Assembly: GCF_963921235.1 (NCBI RefSeq) | Contig: NC_086108.1 | Span: forward strand, 32,428,001-32,492,000 | Direction of reading: 5' to 3' | Source of the DNA: Mobula hypostoma | Lineage: Eukaryota | DNA: 64,000 nucleotides | Position numbers and translations under genes: made by a program | Notes under the pieces: generated by a model | The model's database searches: none | The model's input: only the letters and a program-made list of their open reading frames with translations | Told to the model about the DNA's origin: nothing | Shown: one piece after another, positions 1 to 12,779 of the stretch | How positions within the stretch are numbered: position 1 is the stretch's first letter | Layout: every line of letters starts with the position of its first letter

Positions 1-1272
1 TATTCATATGAAAGTTTATTAACTGAAGTTTATTCGTTCGTAAGAAGAAACACTTCATGGCCATTTAAGGCAGAATCAACTGCTAAAGGCATAGAAGATA
101 CAAATGTTATTTCTTTTTTCTTGTAAATGCTTGCAAGGAAATTAATCTCAAAGTAGAATATGGTAACATATAGGAACTTGGTAATTTACTTTGAATTAGC
201 GCAGTTAGTTTGTCAGCATTTATACTTTACCTAAGCAAATACTTTTAATCAGGTTTCTCCATTCTGTTTCTGCCTTGCTTTTATTCATCTATTCAACTTT
301 ATCTTGAATTTTGCTGTAATTTCTGCCTCAGCTTTTTAACAGATGTAAATTGCACATCAGCCTTCCGTACCAAGAAATTTCTCTTGCTGTCTCTCAAAAT
401 TTATAGTCCTTCCTTTTCTGTCTTTTCAGTGACTTCATTGAGAATGATGCAGTCTTCCTTTATTGAATTTCTCCCATTCTTAAATTATTTTAAAAATGAA
501 TCGTCAGTAATGCGCAGAGTAACAAAGATCTAGAGTTTTACCAGGCAGTTTTGTTCACTCTGAGCTATATACTTTTTAAAGTCATGGTAGTATGGTAGCT
601 ATGCTGTACCTAGTAGCCAAGGTTCTAAATAAAATTTTGTAAAGGCTAATTGTTAATTGCAGGTTTAAGTGCGGACAATAATGATGTAATATGGGGAATT
701 GAATTGTCTTTATTACTTACATCCTTCATATACATGAGTAAAATTCTTTACGTTTCTGTCTAATTGTGCAATTTATAGTAATTTATAATGGTATGTACAA
801 CAGGACAGTCAATATAACAGAATTTGAAGTTATCACAAAATTATAGTTTGCAATTAAGTTAATATTAGTCAGACAGGAGAAACAACCCTGCTCTTCAAGA
901 AATTATAATACATATCCCAAAGGAGACCTATTGATGTATGTAGGAAATATGACTCTGACTTAATATATTAATACACCTAGTTTGTGTATTGATAAAACTT
1001 GAGAGCTGCTTCTGAGGAAAAGAAACGTGTTAGAAGTGGAAACTGGAGGATTAATAACTGGGTTTGGAAGGCATTGAAAACAAAGGGGGGAAGGCAACAC
1101 AAACCTGGCTTTGCTTAATGACCTCTTTTAAGGAGTAGAAAATAAAGCTCATGAATTGAGGGCACAGATTAACTTGAATGACCATGATACTGCAGCTTTT
1201 CTGAAATCCGAGTTTAAGGTGTGGAAGGTAAGTATGCTTTTTCTAGGGTTTTGTCCCAAAATAATGGAATAA

Positions 1273-1585
1273 GTGTTGGCGCGTGGCCAAGTGGTTAAGG
1301 TGTTCATCTAGTAATTTGAAGGTCACTAGTTCGAGCCTGGGCTGAGGCAGCGTGCGTGTCCTTGAGCAAGGCACTTAACCACACATTGCTCTGTGACGAC
1401 ACCGGTGCCAAGCTGTATGGGTCCTAATGCCCTTCCCTTGGACAACATCGGTGGCATGGAGAGGGGAGACTTGCAGCATGGGCAACTGCTGGTCTTCCAT
1501 AAACCTTCCCAGTCCTGTGCCCTGGAAACCTTCCAAGGCGCAAATCCATGGTCTCATGAGACTAACGTATGCCTATATATAAAAA
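1273..1585 (+). mobile_element. tRNA-derived SINE
   Basis: Pol III A-box-like TGGCCAAGTGG, B-box-like GTTCGAGCC and a TA/A-rich tail; aatggaat on both flanks. A second copy lies inverted at 10639-10956. Confidence 0.85.
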
Positions 1586-1689
1586 AAATGGAATGAGGAG
1601 GAGGAGACCAGTGTGTATTACGTAAACAATTACAGGCTATTCACTGAATGGGGTGGGGAGCTGATAAACTAGAAAACTCAATGAATGAA

Positions 1690-2620
1690 GTCACTTAAGA
1701 AACTCTTTACATTAAAATCTTGTTAATCCAGGCAACATTCTAATGGATTTCCTCTGCACCCTGTGAAGGATAATCACATTTTTTCCTTATTCTGGTGCTA
1801 GTGACTAGAAATGCACACAGTAGTGCAAGTGTAACATAACCACTGTTTAGTGAAGTTGTGAAGTGACATCCCAACTCTATATTCTGTGTCCAGTCTGAAG
1901 ATGAGCATGGCTATGCCACCTTCAGTACCCCATCCACCAGGGTTACCACTTTCAGAGAACCATGGACGAGCTCCACTGTCCCTCTGTTCATCAGCATTCC
2001 CTAGGGCCCTATAATTTACTGTGTATGCCCTTCCCTTACTTGACTTCCCAAAGTATATCATAGAACATGACAGCACAAGAAGAGGTAGTTTGGTCCACTA
2101 CTGAATATGATGCCCATATAAACTAATCCCATCTGCCTGCATATGGTCCATATCTTTCTTTCCCTGGCTTGTTATTTTGTTTCTCTAGAACTCTCTTAAA
2201 CTTAGCAATTGCATTTGTTTCTACCACCTCCTCTAGCAGTGCATTCTAGACACCTATCATGCTCTGTGACTTTTTTTTTTAAAAAGCTTGCATCCCAGAT
2301 CTCCTTTAAACTCCCACCTTCCCTCACCTTAAACCTTATGCCATTGAATATTTGACACTTACACCATGGGGAAAGTAACTTTGACTATCTACACCCTGTA
2401 TGCCTCTGAAAACCTTGTACTTCTATCATCACTAGTCACAAAAACCACTAGTCATAATCTCTCACCCCCTCCCCAACTACAACCATTTTTTTTGTCTTCT
2501 ATGATCAAGACAATAAAGTCTCTGAATAATATCCACTGCCCTACGCTCATTAATCATCTTTACCATTTCTTCATATGGCACTTGTTGGGATTGAATTCCA
2601 TCTGCCATTTTTCCACCTGC
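1690..2620 (-). mobile_element. Old CR1-like LINE fragments
   Basis: Degenerate similarity to CR1 ORF2 3' regions elsewhere in the window (e.g. minus-strand KWQMEFNPNKC near 2570-2610). Confidence 0.6.
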
Positions 2621-2711
2621 TGTAGCCATAAATAACCACCTGCAACACCACAAATTTGCATGTATTGTGCAAATTTAGAAGTGGAAGCATTTAAAACATA
2701 TTTTCTTGAAT

Positions 2712-3226
2712 ACCATATAAACCATATAACAATTACAGCACGGAAACAGGCCGTCTTGGCCCTTCTAGTCCGTGCCAAACTCTTACTCTCACCTAGTCCC
2801 ACTGACCTGCACTGAGCCCATAACCCTCCATTCCTTTCCTGTCCATATATCTATCCAATTTAACTTTAAACGACAGCATTGAACTTGCCTCAACCACTTC
2901 TGCTGGAAGCTCGTTCCACACAGCTACCACTCTGAGTAAAGAAGTTCCCCCTCATGTTACCCCCAAACTTTTGCCCTTTAACTCTCAACTCCTGTCCTCT
3001 TGTTTGAATCTCCCCCACTCTCAATGGAAAATGTCTATCCACGTCAACTCTCTCAGTCCCCCTCATAACTTTAAATATCTCTATCAAGTCCCCCCTCAAC
3101 CTTCTACGCTCCAAAGAATAAAGACCCTACTTGTTCAACCTTTCTCTGTAACTAAGGAGATGAAACCCAGGTAACATTCTAGTAAATCTTCTGTGTACTC
3201 AATTTTGTTGACATCTTTCCTATAAT
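2712..3226 (-). mobile_element. CR1 LINE 3' fragment
   Basis: ORF 2890-3114 (ERRRLRGDLIEIFK...FFTQ) is a CR1 ORF2 C-terminus; tandem ccatataa tail. Confidence 0.85.
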
Positions 3227-3740
3227 AGGACCATGTATGGTTCTGGATATGGTGGATATGATGCACAAGAAAGGGTAAGAATTAAGCTAATTAAGGCAGA
3301 GCCTTTTTTTGATAGAAAGGAAGCATAGGGGATTCATCTGAGTTGTATCTAGTTGTCAGAACATTGGATGGGGTAATCAAGGATGGAGTCCTGGAATTCA
3401 CTCCCTGGGAAGAGTGAGAGAGGAAGAAGTGATCAATTGTGTAAAGTTCATGAATGAACTATTTGGACCACTGTAACCTAAAGATCATGGCTGTAGGTCT
3501 GGAAAGTGAGATTGGTCTATAAAGCATCTGGTGGCCTGGCAAGAACACAGCTGAATGATCTGTAAATTATCAGGGTTTTCTCCTACTATTTGTTTATTTC
3601 ACCATTCAGTATAATTACCTGGTCTTTCTACCTCAAATGTATTAAACAAATTGCCTTCTACTGGCCTCGTGGGAGAGAATTCCATGGGTGAATGCTTTTA
3701 TCTGTATCTTGAGACTGTGACTGCCCCCCTCCCCCTTCCC

Positions 3741-3960
3741 GCTGGCTGTAGACTCTTCTCCCCTCCCCCTCCCCTCACCACACCACCTCTCCCGGCTGTA
3801 GACTTTTCTCCCCTCCCCCTCACCACACCACCTCCCGCAGCTGTAGACTCTTCTCCCCTCCACCTCTCCCCCGGCTGCAGACTCTTCTGCCCTCCCCCAC
3901 CTGACCTCCCTCCCCCCCCACCGCCTGCAGACTCCTCCCCACCTGACCTCCCCCCCCCCC
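3741..3960. repeat. C-rich imperfect tandem repeat (about 5 units anchored on ctgYagactYYtc)
   Basis: Repeated ctgtagactcttctcccctcccc units; G-rich on the minus strand. The Pro/Gly-rich ORFs over it are artefacts. Confidence 0.8.
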
Positions 3961-4231
3961 CACAGCTCAAGATCCCTCCACGCACCCCCAGTTCTAAACT
4001 CCACTCCACCCCCAACAACCACCCTTCTGGTGCTGTCAGAACTTTGTTTCAGTGGAATTTAAAAGAGGAACTTCATTGAATGTCAGTCCAATCTCTTTTC
4101 ACATGTAACTTGCTGTACATGTATGATCGTTTTGTGACTGGTGTACAAGGTATATCCATCTTTCTTCATCTCTCAATGGGTTAAATAAGTCTGTCTTTTA
4201 TTTTTCTTATTACAGTTGATAACCTCACATT

Positions 4232-4929
4232 TGAATGAATGAATTGACTTCATTTCCACATCCTTCACATACATGAGTAAAAATCTTTACGCTATGTCTC
4301 TGTCTAAATGTGTGATAATGGTCATTTATAATGAGTTATAATAAATAGAGCAGTCCATGTAATATAGAGTACACTCAAATCAGCGTGAGTTAATCAGTCT
4401 GATGGCCTGGTGGAAGAAGCTGTCCCAGAGCCTGTTAGTCCTGGCTTTTATGCTGCAGTACCGTTTCCCAGATGGTAGCAGCTGGAATACATTGTGGTTG
4501 GGGTGACTGAGGTCCCCAATGATCCTATGGGCCCTTTTTACACACCTGTCCTTGTAAATGTCCTGAGTCATGGGAAGTTCACAACTACAGATGTGCTGGT
4601 CTGTCTGCACCACTCTGCAGAGTCCTGAGATTCAGGGAGGTACAGTTCCCATACCAGGCAGTGATACAGCCAGTCAAGATGCTCTCAATTGTGCCCCTGT
4701 AGAAAGCTCTTAGGATTTGGGAGCCCACACTAAACTTCCTTAACTGTCTGAGGTGAAAGAGGTACTGTTGTGCCTTTTTCACCACACAGCTGGTGTGTGC
4801 AGACCTGGTGAGGTCTTCGGTGATGTGGATGCTAAGGAACTTAAAACTGTTTACCCTCTCAACCCCAGGTCTATTGATGTCAATAAGGGTTAGCCCATCT
4901 CTATTTCTGCTGTAATCCACAACCAGCAT
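4232..4929 (-). mobile_element. Rex1/Babar-type LINE 3' fragment
   Basis: ORFs show VERVNSFKFL, KKAQQ-LFHLR, FYRGTIESILTGCITAWYGNC and LLPSGKRY, typical of the Rex-Babar RT C-terminus. A similar tail occurs at about 700-820. Confidence 0.8.
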
Positions 4930-6189
4930 TATACATTTTATTCAATATCTGCCATGTAATTGCTTTTCCACATGCTTATAAATTGCCTTGTGGAATATTC
5001 ATGTGCTGTTCAGAGCTTTCAACCCCTCTTGTGTATTTGACAAACTTAGTATTATTTTTGGTTCCATCAACAAAATCAATGACATTTTGTTGAATAGCTG
5101 AGGCCCAAGCACGTATCCTATGGCACCCAACTCGCCAGTGCCTTCCACTTTAAAAACATCCATATGTTCCTCCTGTTTCTGTCTGTCAAGCAGATGTCAA
5201 TGCACTACCCCCAATTTTATGAGCTTTAATTTTGCACACCAACCTGTTATCAAAGGTCTTGAAAATCCAAACCTTTATTTTTTGGATGTAATGTCCTTGA
5301 TATTATTTTACTTTTCATCCTGCAAGGCAGTGGAGGTTTGAGATCTGAGTTTTCCTTCTCCTAGATGAGCTGACAAGCCCTCTCTGCTTGAAGCGACTGA
5401 TTTTAAGGTGCCAGTAGTCTGCCTTTGCCCCTCTCCTGTCAGTAGAAACAGTTCCACTGGGCTTAGTAGCTGAGCCACACGTGAAGGCCGGAAGCTGGAT
5501 TTGGTTGTATGAAGCTACTTGAGTTGCATGCCATTGGGAGCATTTAATAGGTAGTGGGAGTTTGACCCCATTACCACCCTCAACTATAATGACCTTAAGG
5601 AACCACCCAACACACTAGACCACTGTCATACTAGGACAAGGAATGCCTGCCATCCCATGCGTGACCGCATTTCGATACTGCCTACATGCAGGCAGAGGCT
5701 AAAGAACAAAGCTCCAGAGAGATTAGGACAACAAAGTGGTGCTCACAGGAGGCAGAGGAGTGGCTGTAAATTGTTTTGAGTCAGTGGACTGGGCTGTGTT
5801 CAAGGATTCATCTGAGGATCTGAATGAATGGTTGTCACAGACTTCATTAAAACAGATGTAGACAAGTGTGTCCCCACAAAATCATTCAGGCTTCTCCATT
5901 AGAAGCTCTGGATAAACCATGAGATCCGCAGTCTGCTGAGGGCTAAAGTGAAAAATGAAGATCTCAATTGTGTATAGTCAGTATCAGAGTGAACATGTGC
6001 CACTTAATGATGTGCTGATTATGAAACAAGTATATCATGATTATCTATCACGACAAACTGAATATTGAAGCTAATGGTGAATATTCAGCAGGCTGTTTGC
6101 AGAAATTTAAGGAAAAGCACAGCATTAAATTTTGAAAGTGTCTGCTGTTCAAGAAAATCTTGCACCAGAACAGAAATAACCAGGTTATT

Positions 6190-9100
6190 TCTTCAGCGGT
6201 TTGACGGGGTGCAACTGCACAAGCACGTGGAGGTTGGCCAGTGAGAACAGCGGGAAGAGTTTAAAAAGAAGACCGATTTACAGAGCGGGCATCGGAGGAG
6301 TGGGAGACTGAGTAGGAAGGCTTTGGCTCAACGGGGCTTCGGTGATAAAGGGTTGAGGCCAGGTAGGTTATCTGTTTAGAATACAGACAAGGTCTGTGTG
6401 TAAGGCAAGTTTTCTGTGCTTGGTGTCAGATGTGGGAGGCCCTGGAGATTCCTGGACAACCACATCTGCACCAGATGTGTCGAGCTGCAGCTCCTTAGGG
6501 ACTGCGTTATGGAACTGGAGCTGCAGCTCGATGACTTTCGTCTGGTCAGGGAGAATGAGGAGGTGATAGGGAGGAGCTATAGGCAGGAAGTCACCCCAGG
6601 ACCACAGGAGACAGAGGTTGGTAACAGGAGAGGGAAGGGTAAGAAGCAAGGTACTAGAGAGTACCCCAGTGGCTGTCCCCCTTAACAATAAGTACTCCAG
6701 CTTGAATACTGTTGGTGGCGGGGGGGGGGAACAGTGGGTGCGCCTCTGGCACAGGGTCTGGCCCCTGTGGCTCAGAAGGGTAGGGAAAGGAACAGAATGG
6801 CAGCAGTGATAGGGGCCTCTATAGTTAGGGGTCAGATAGGTGATTCTGTGGATGCAGGAAAGATATGCGGATGGTCGTTTGCCTCCCAGGTGCCAGGGTC
6901 TGGGTTGTTTCTGATCGTGTCCACGATATCTTGAAGTGGGAGGGAGAACAGCCAGAGGTCGTGGTACATATTGGTACCAATGACGTACGTAGGAAAAGGG
7001 AGGAGGTCCTGAAAACAGACTGCAGGGAGTTAGGAAAGAAGTTGAGAAGCAGCACCTCAAAGGTAGTAATTCTGGGATTACTGTCTGTGCCATGTGACAG
7101 TGAGTATAGGAATAGAGTGATGTGGAGGCTGAATGTGTGGCTGAGGGATTGGAGCAGAGGGCAGGGATTCAGATTTCTGCATCATTGGAACCTCTTCTGG
7201 GGCAGGTGGGACCTGTACAAAAAGGACGGGTTGCACTTGAATCCGAGGGGGACCAATATCCAGGCGGGAAGGTTTGCTAAGGCTATTGGGGAAGAGTTTA
7301 AACTAGAATTGCTTGGGGGTGGGAACTGAACTGAAGTGACGGAGGAAAGGGAGGTTGGCTCACAAATAGAGAAAGCTTGGAGACAGTGCGAAAGGGAGGA
7401 TAGGCAGGTGATAGAGAAGGGGTGTGCTCACACTGATGGTTTGAGGAGTGTCTATTTTAATGCGAGGAGTATTATGAATAAAGTGGATGAACTTAGAGCG
7501 TGGATCAGCACTTGGAGCTATGATGTTGGGGCCATTACAGAGACTTGGATGGTGCAGGGGAAGGAATGGCTACTTCAAGTGCCAGGCTTTAGATGTTTCA
7601 GAAAAGATAGGGAGGCAAAAGAGGTGGGGGCATGGCACAGTTGATCAGAGATAGTGTCACGGCTGCAGAAAAGGAGGAAGTCATGGAGGGGTTGTCTACG
7701 GAGTCTCTGTGGATGGAAGTTAGGAATAGGAAGGGGTCAATAACTCTGCTGGATGTTTTTTTTTTATAGACCACCCAATAGTAACAGGGACATTGAGGAA
7801 CAGAAAGGAAGACAGAATCTGGAAAGGAGTAATAATAACAGGGTTGTTGTGGTGGGAGATTTTAATTTCCCAAATATTGATTGGCATCTTCCTAGAGTGA
7901 GAGGTTTAGATGGGGTAGAGTTCAGGTGTGTTCGGGAAGGTTTCTTGACACAATATGTAGATAAGCCAACAAGACGAGAAGCTGTACTTGAACTAGTATT
8001 GGGAAATGAACCTGGTCAGGTGTCGGGTCTCTCAGTGGGAGAGCATTTTGGAGATAGTGATCACAATTCTATCTCCTTTATCATAGCATTGGGAGGGATA
8101 GGAACAGACAAGTTAGGAAAACGTTTACAGTAATTGGAGTAAGGGGAAATATGAGGCTATCAGGCAGGAACTTGGAAGCATAAATTGGAAACAGATGTTT
8201 TTGGGTAAACGTATGGAAGAAATGTGGCAAATGTTCAGGGGGTATTTGCATGGGGTTCTGAGTAGGTATGTTCCAATGAGACAGGGAAAGGATGGTAGGG
8301 TACAAGATCCATGGTGTACAAAGGCTGTTGTAAATCTAGTCAAGAAAAAAAGAAGAGCTTACGAAAGATTCAAAAAAACTAGGTAATGATAGAGATCTAG
8401 AAGATTATAAGGCTAGCAGGAAGGAGTTTAAGAATGAAATTAGGAGAGCCAGAAGGGGCCAGGAGAAGGCCTTGGTGGACAGGATTAAGGAAAACCCCAA
8501 GGCATTCTACAAGTATGTGAAGAGCAAGAGGATAAGACGTGAGAGAATAGGACCAATCAAGTGTGACAGTGGAAAAGTGTGTATGGAACCGGAGGAAATA
8601 GTGGAGGTACTTAATGAATATTTTGCTTCAGTATTCACTGTGGAAAAGGATCTTGGCAATTGTGGGGATGACTTGCAGCGGACTGAAAAGCTTGAGCATG
8701 TAGATTTTAAGGAAGAGGATGTGCTGGAGCTTTTGGGAACCATCAAGTTGGATAAGTCACCAGGACCAGATGGGATGTACCCCAGGCTACTGTGGGAAGC
8801 GAGGGAGGAGATTGCTGAGCCTCTGGCAAAGATCTTTGCATCATCAATGAGGATGGGAATGGTTCTGGAGGATTGGAGGGTGGAAGATATTGTTTCCTTA
8901 TTCAAGAAAGGGAGTAGGGATAGCCCAGGAAATTATAGGCCAGTGAGTCTTACTTCAGTGGTTGGTAAGTTGACGAAGAAGATCCTGAGAGGCAGGATTT
9001 ATGAACGTTTGGAGAGACATAATATGATTAGGGATAGTCAGCATGGCTTTGTCAAAGGCAGGTCGTGCCTTGCGAGCCTGATTTGAATTTTTTGTGGATG

Positions 9101-10312
9101 TGACTAAACACATTGAAGGTAGAGCAGTAGATGTAGTGTACATGGATTTCAGCAAGGCATTTGACAAGGTACCCCATGCAAGGCTTATTGAGAAAGTAAG
9201 AAGTGTTAAATCCAAGGGGACATTGCTTTGTGGATCCAGAACTGTCTTGCTCACAGAAGGCAAAGAGTGGTTGTAGACTGGTCATATTCTGTATGGAGGC
9301 CGGTGATCAGTAGTGTGCCTCAGGGATCTGTTCTGGGGCCCCTACTTTGTGATTTTTTTAATAAATGACCTGGATGAGGAAGTGGAGGGATGGGTTAGTA
9401 AATTTGCTGATGACACAAAGGTTGGGTGTGTTGTGGATAGTGGGGAGGGCTGTCAGAGGTTACAACAGGACATTGATAGGATGCAAAACTGGGCTGAGAA
9501 GTGGCAGATGGAGTTTAACCCAGATAAGTGTGAGGTGGTTCGTTTTGGTAGGTCAGATATGATGGCAGAATATAGCATTAATGGTAAGACTCTTGGCAGT
9601 GTGCAGGATCAGAGGGATCTTAGGGTCCGAGTCCATAGGACACTCAAAGTTGCTACGCAGGTTAACTGTGGTTAAAAAGACATACGGTCCATTGGCCTTC
9701 ATCAATCATGGGATTGAGTTTAAGAGCTGAGGGGTAATGTTGCAGCTATATAGGACCCTGGTCAGACCCTACTTGGAGCACTGTGCTCAATTCTGGTCAC
9801 CTCACTACAGGAAGGATGTGGAAACTATAGAAAGGGTGCAGAGGAGATTTACAAGGATGTTGCCTGGATTGGGGAGCATGCCTTATGAGAATAGGTTGAG
9901 TGAACTCGGCCTTTTCTTCTTGGAGCGATGGAGGATGAGAGGTGACCTGATAGAGGTGTTCAAGATAATGAGAGGCATTGATTGTGTGGATAGTCAGAGG
10001 CTTCTCCCCAGGGCTGAAATGGCTAGCATGAGAGGGCATAGTTTTAAGGTGCTTGGAAGTGGGTACATTGGAGCTGTCAGGGGTAAGTTTTTTTTTAATG
10101 CAGAGAGTAGTGAGTGTGTGGAATGGGCTGCCGGCAGCGGTGGAGGCGGAAACGATAGGGTCTTTTCAGAGAATCCTGGATGGCTGCATGGAGCTTAGAA
10201 AAATAGAGGGCTATGGGTAAAGCCTAGGTAGTTCTAAGGTAGGGACATGTTCGGCACAGCTTTGTGGGCTGAAGGGCCTGTATTGTGCTGTAGGTTTTCT
10301 GTATTTCTATGT
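6190..10312 (+). mobile_element. Near-full-length CR1 LINE, frameshifted
   Basis: ORF1 has a Cys-rich/coiled-coil part (CTRCVELQLL) and an SGNH esterase (VCLPGA, HIGTND, DGLHLN; 6865-7329). ORF2 has APE (YFNARS, ITETW, GDFNFP, SDH) and RT (NYRPVSLTS, DFSKAFD, KFADDTK). Ends in a ttctatg-type tail. Confidence 0.95.
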
Positions 10313-10638
10313 TAATAATTATATGATGCTGATTGTTTTTAGGCCATAAAACCTAAAGAAAAAGTAAAATGCAAATAGTGTACTGTAACCTTTTAATCAA
10401 AACATGACATATTAAGTAGAGTCTGAAAGCCTGTCATTTGTTGTTCCACAGCTGACTGAGGTATTCTCCTGATGCTGCTGAGCTGCTTTTGTTACCCTGC
10501 ACACATTATATTTTCATTATGTTAATGGTGTGTAATTTTTTTACTGTTACTTATGTGATGAACAAGTGTAAGACAAAGACTGCTTACCAGTAGAACATAA
10601 ATTCCGTCAGAAGTGATAGTGATCCCAAGCTACCTCAT

Positions 10639-10956
10639 TATATAGACATATAGGAATCCATTCATATCGTGAGGCCATGGATTTGTGCCTTGGAAGGTTT
10701 CCAGGGCACAAGCCTGGGCAAGGTTGTATGGAAGACCGGCAGTTGCCCATGCTGCAAGTCTTCTCTCTCCATGCCACCGATGTTGTCCAAGGGACGGGCA
10801 CTAGGGCCGATACAGCTTGGCACTGGTGTCGTCGCAGAGCATTATGTGGTTAAGTGCCTTGCTCAAGGACACAACACGCTGCCTCAGCTGAGGCTCAAAC
10901 TAGTGACCTTCAGATCACTAGACCAACGCCTTAACCACTTGGCCACATGCCAACAC
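10639..10956 (-). mobile_element. tRNA-derived SINE, same family as 1273-1585
   Basis: Reverse complement aligns along the whole length of the 1273 copy. Confidence 0.85.
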
Positions 10957-10957
10957 C

Positions 10958-11843
10958 ATATAGAAAACCATAAGATACAGGTGCAGACCTAGGCAATTTG
11001 GCCCATCAAGTGTGCTCTGCCATTTCATCGTGGCTGATGCAATTTTCCCCTCAGCCCCAATCTCCTGCCTTCTCCCTGTATCCCTTCAGGCCCTGCCAAT
11101 CAAAAATCTATTAACCCCTGCCTTAAATATACATAAAGACTTGGCCTCTATAACTGCCTGTGACAAAGAATTCCACAGATTCACCAATTTCTGATTTAAT
11201 AAAAAATTCCTCCTCTCCTTCCAAAAAGGACACCCCACTATTCTGAGGCTGTTCCCTCTGGTCTTAGATTCTCCCACAGTCGGAAACATCCTCTCCACAC
11301 CCACTCTATCGAGGCCTTCTACTGTTCAATAGGTTTCAATGACGTCACCCCTCGTTCTTCTGAACTTTAGTGAATTCAGGCTCAGAGCCATCAAATGCTC
11401 TTCATGTGACAAGCCATTCAATCCTGGCATCATTTTTGTGAGCCTCCTTTGAACCCTCTCCAATTTCAGCACATCCCTTCTAAGATAAGGTGCTCACAAT
11501 GCTCCAAGTGAGGCCTCACCGGTACTTTAAGTGCTCAACATTACATCCTTGTTTTTCTACTCTAGTCCACTTGAAATGATTGCTAACATTGCATTTTCCT
11601 TCCTCACCACAGACTCAATCTGCAGATTAACCTTTAGGAAATTCTGCACAAGTATTCCCAAGTCCCTTTGCACCTCTGTTTTTTGTATTTTCTCTCCATT
11701 TAGAAAATAGTTATCCCTTTCATTTCTTCTACCAAAGTGCATGAGCATATACTTCCAGACACCATATTCCATCTGCCATTTCTTTGCCCATTCTTCTAAT
11801 CCAATTCTCCTGTAGCTCTCTACTTCCTTAAAACTACCTGCCC
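10958..11843 (-). mobile_element. CR1 LINE 3' fragment
   Basis: Minus-strand WAKKWQMEY, QRDLG and VNLWNSL motifs. Confidence 0.8.
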
Positions 11844-12105
11844 TGGGCCAGCTGGTGGCACAACGACATCGGCGCCGGACCCGGGAGCGGAGGTTCTCGG
11901 GTTCAAAATGGTCGAGTCCGCTCCCAAGTACGCTTTCCATCTGTGCCGGGTTGAGTGTCGAGATCGCAACTCTACCTCAAAATAAAGGGAAAAATACTGT
12001 GAAAATGTCTGTATGAGGAGTGGCTCACCACACAGTCTCTTTCTCTCGCTCCGTGCCTTGTAAAAGCCATGAAAAAAGACATAATCACGGACGTACGCAC
12101 AGACT
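11844..12105 (+). mobile_element. Probable SINE of a second, CpG-rich family
   Basis: Abrupt GC/CpG-rich insert where the CR1 similarity ends; tRNA-like head with a B-box-like GGGTTCAAA. Confidence 0.45.
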
Positions 12106-12213
12106 TGGACATCTGCTGGACAAGAGTGTTGTTCAATGTTGAGTAATGCAGTATGTACTTTACCTCAACACAACTCCTAAACAAAAGCACTGTTGTTAGT
12201 AATTAATAACAAA

Positions 12214-12779
12214 CTAGACAACCTGGTGACCCGTTGGGGCACCCTTTGAGAGAAAGATAATGCAATCTGATGTGATGTGCTTTGGAAATTAAAGAAGAAA
12301 AACTCAGTTTATTAAAGAAGAAAGATATGCAGCAAGACGAATATAGCTCCTCGTTTAATGAAGGACACTTTTGATGACATTTCTGGTTGATCTGCCACCC
12401 TTCAAAAATACTCTAATATTTTCATTTCTTTTTCCCCGGCTTAAAGCTACATACAGCTGACCATGCTGGAATACCGGTTTCTCCAAATCAACACATTCTC
12501 CATGGTTTGGCCTTGTGCCTTATGTGTATAGTCATAGCAAAGCATGACTGTATCGGGATCTGGCTCTGCTGAAGAGGAACATCTTCCCCTTCTGATAAAT
12601 GGACAGTAATTCTTGGGATCATGACTGTCATTTTTGAACGCACCAATGTTTATCTTTGCTACAATGAGATTGTCGTGCAGTTTGTCCACCATCATTCGCA
12701 TTCCATTGCAAAGCCTCGGTGGATCCATTCCTCATTGAAATGATGGGAGATCCCCTCTTCAATTCCAGTTTATATTGTG
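12214..12779 (-). mobile_element. Helitron 3' end with frameshifted PIF1-type helicase C-terminus
   Basis: Minus strand reads PQYKLELKRGSPII..DPPRLCNG..FAMT..KAQGQT..PVFQHGQLYVALSR..stop (12355-12357). Then AATAAA (12308-12313), a subterminal hairpin (12225-12243) and a terminal CTAG (12214-12217) followed by T. Confidence 0.88.

Noticed and set aside
1273..1350. tRNA gene
   Set aside because: A and B boxes are present, but the head continues into a 300-bp repeat found twice in the window; it is a SINE head.
3642..4079. Pro-rich and Gly-rich ORFs
   Set aside because: By-products of a low-complexity tandem repeat.
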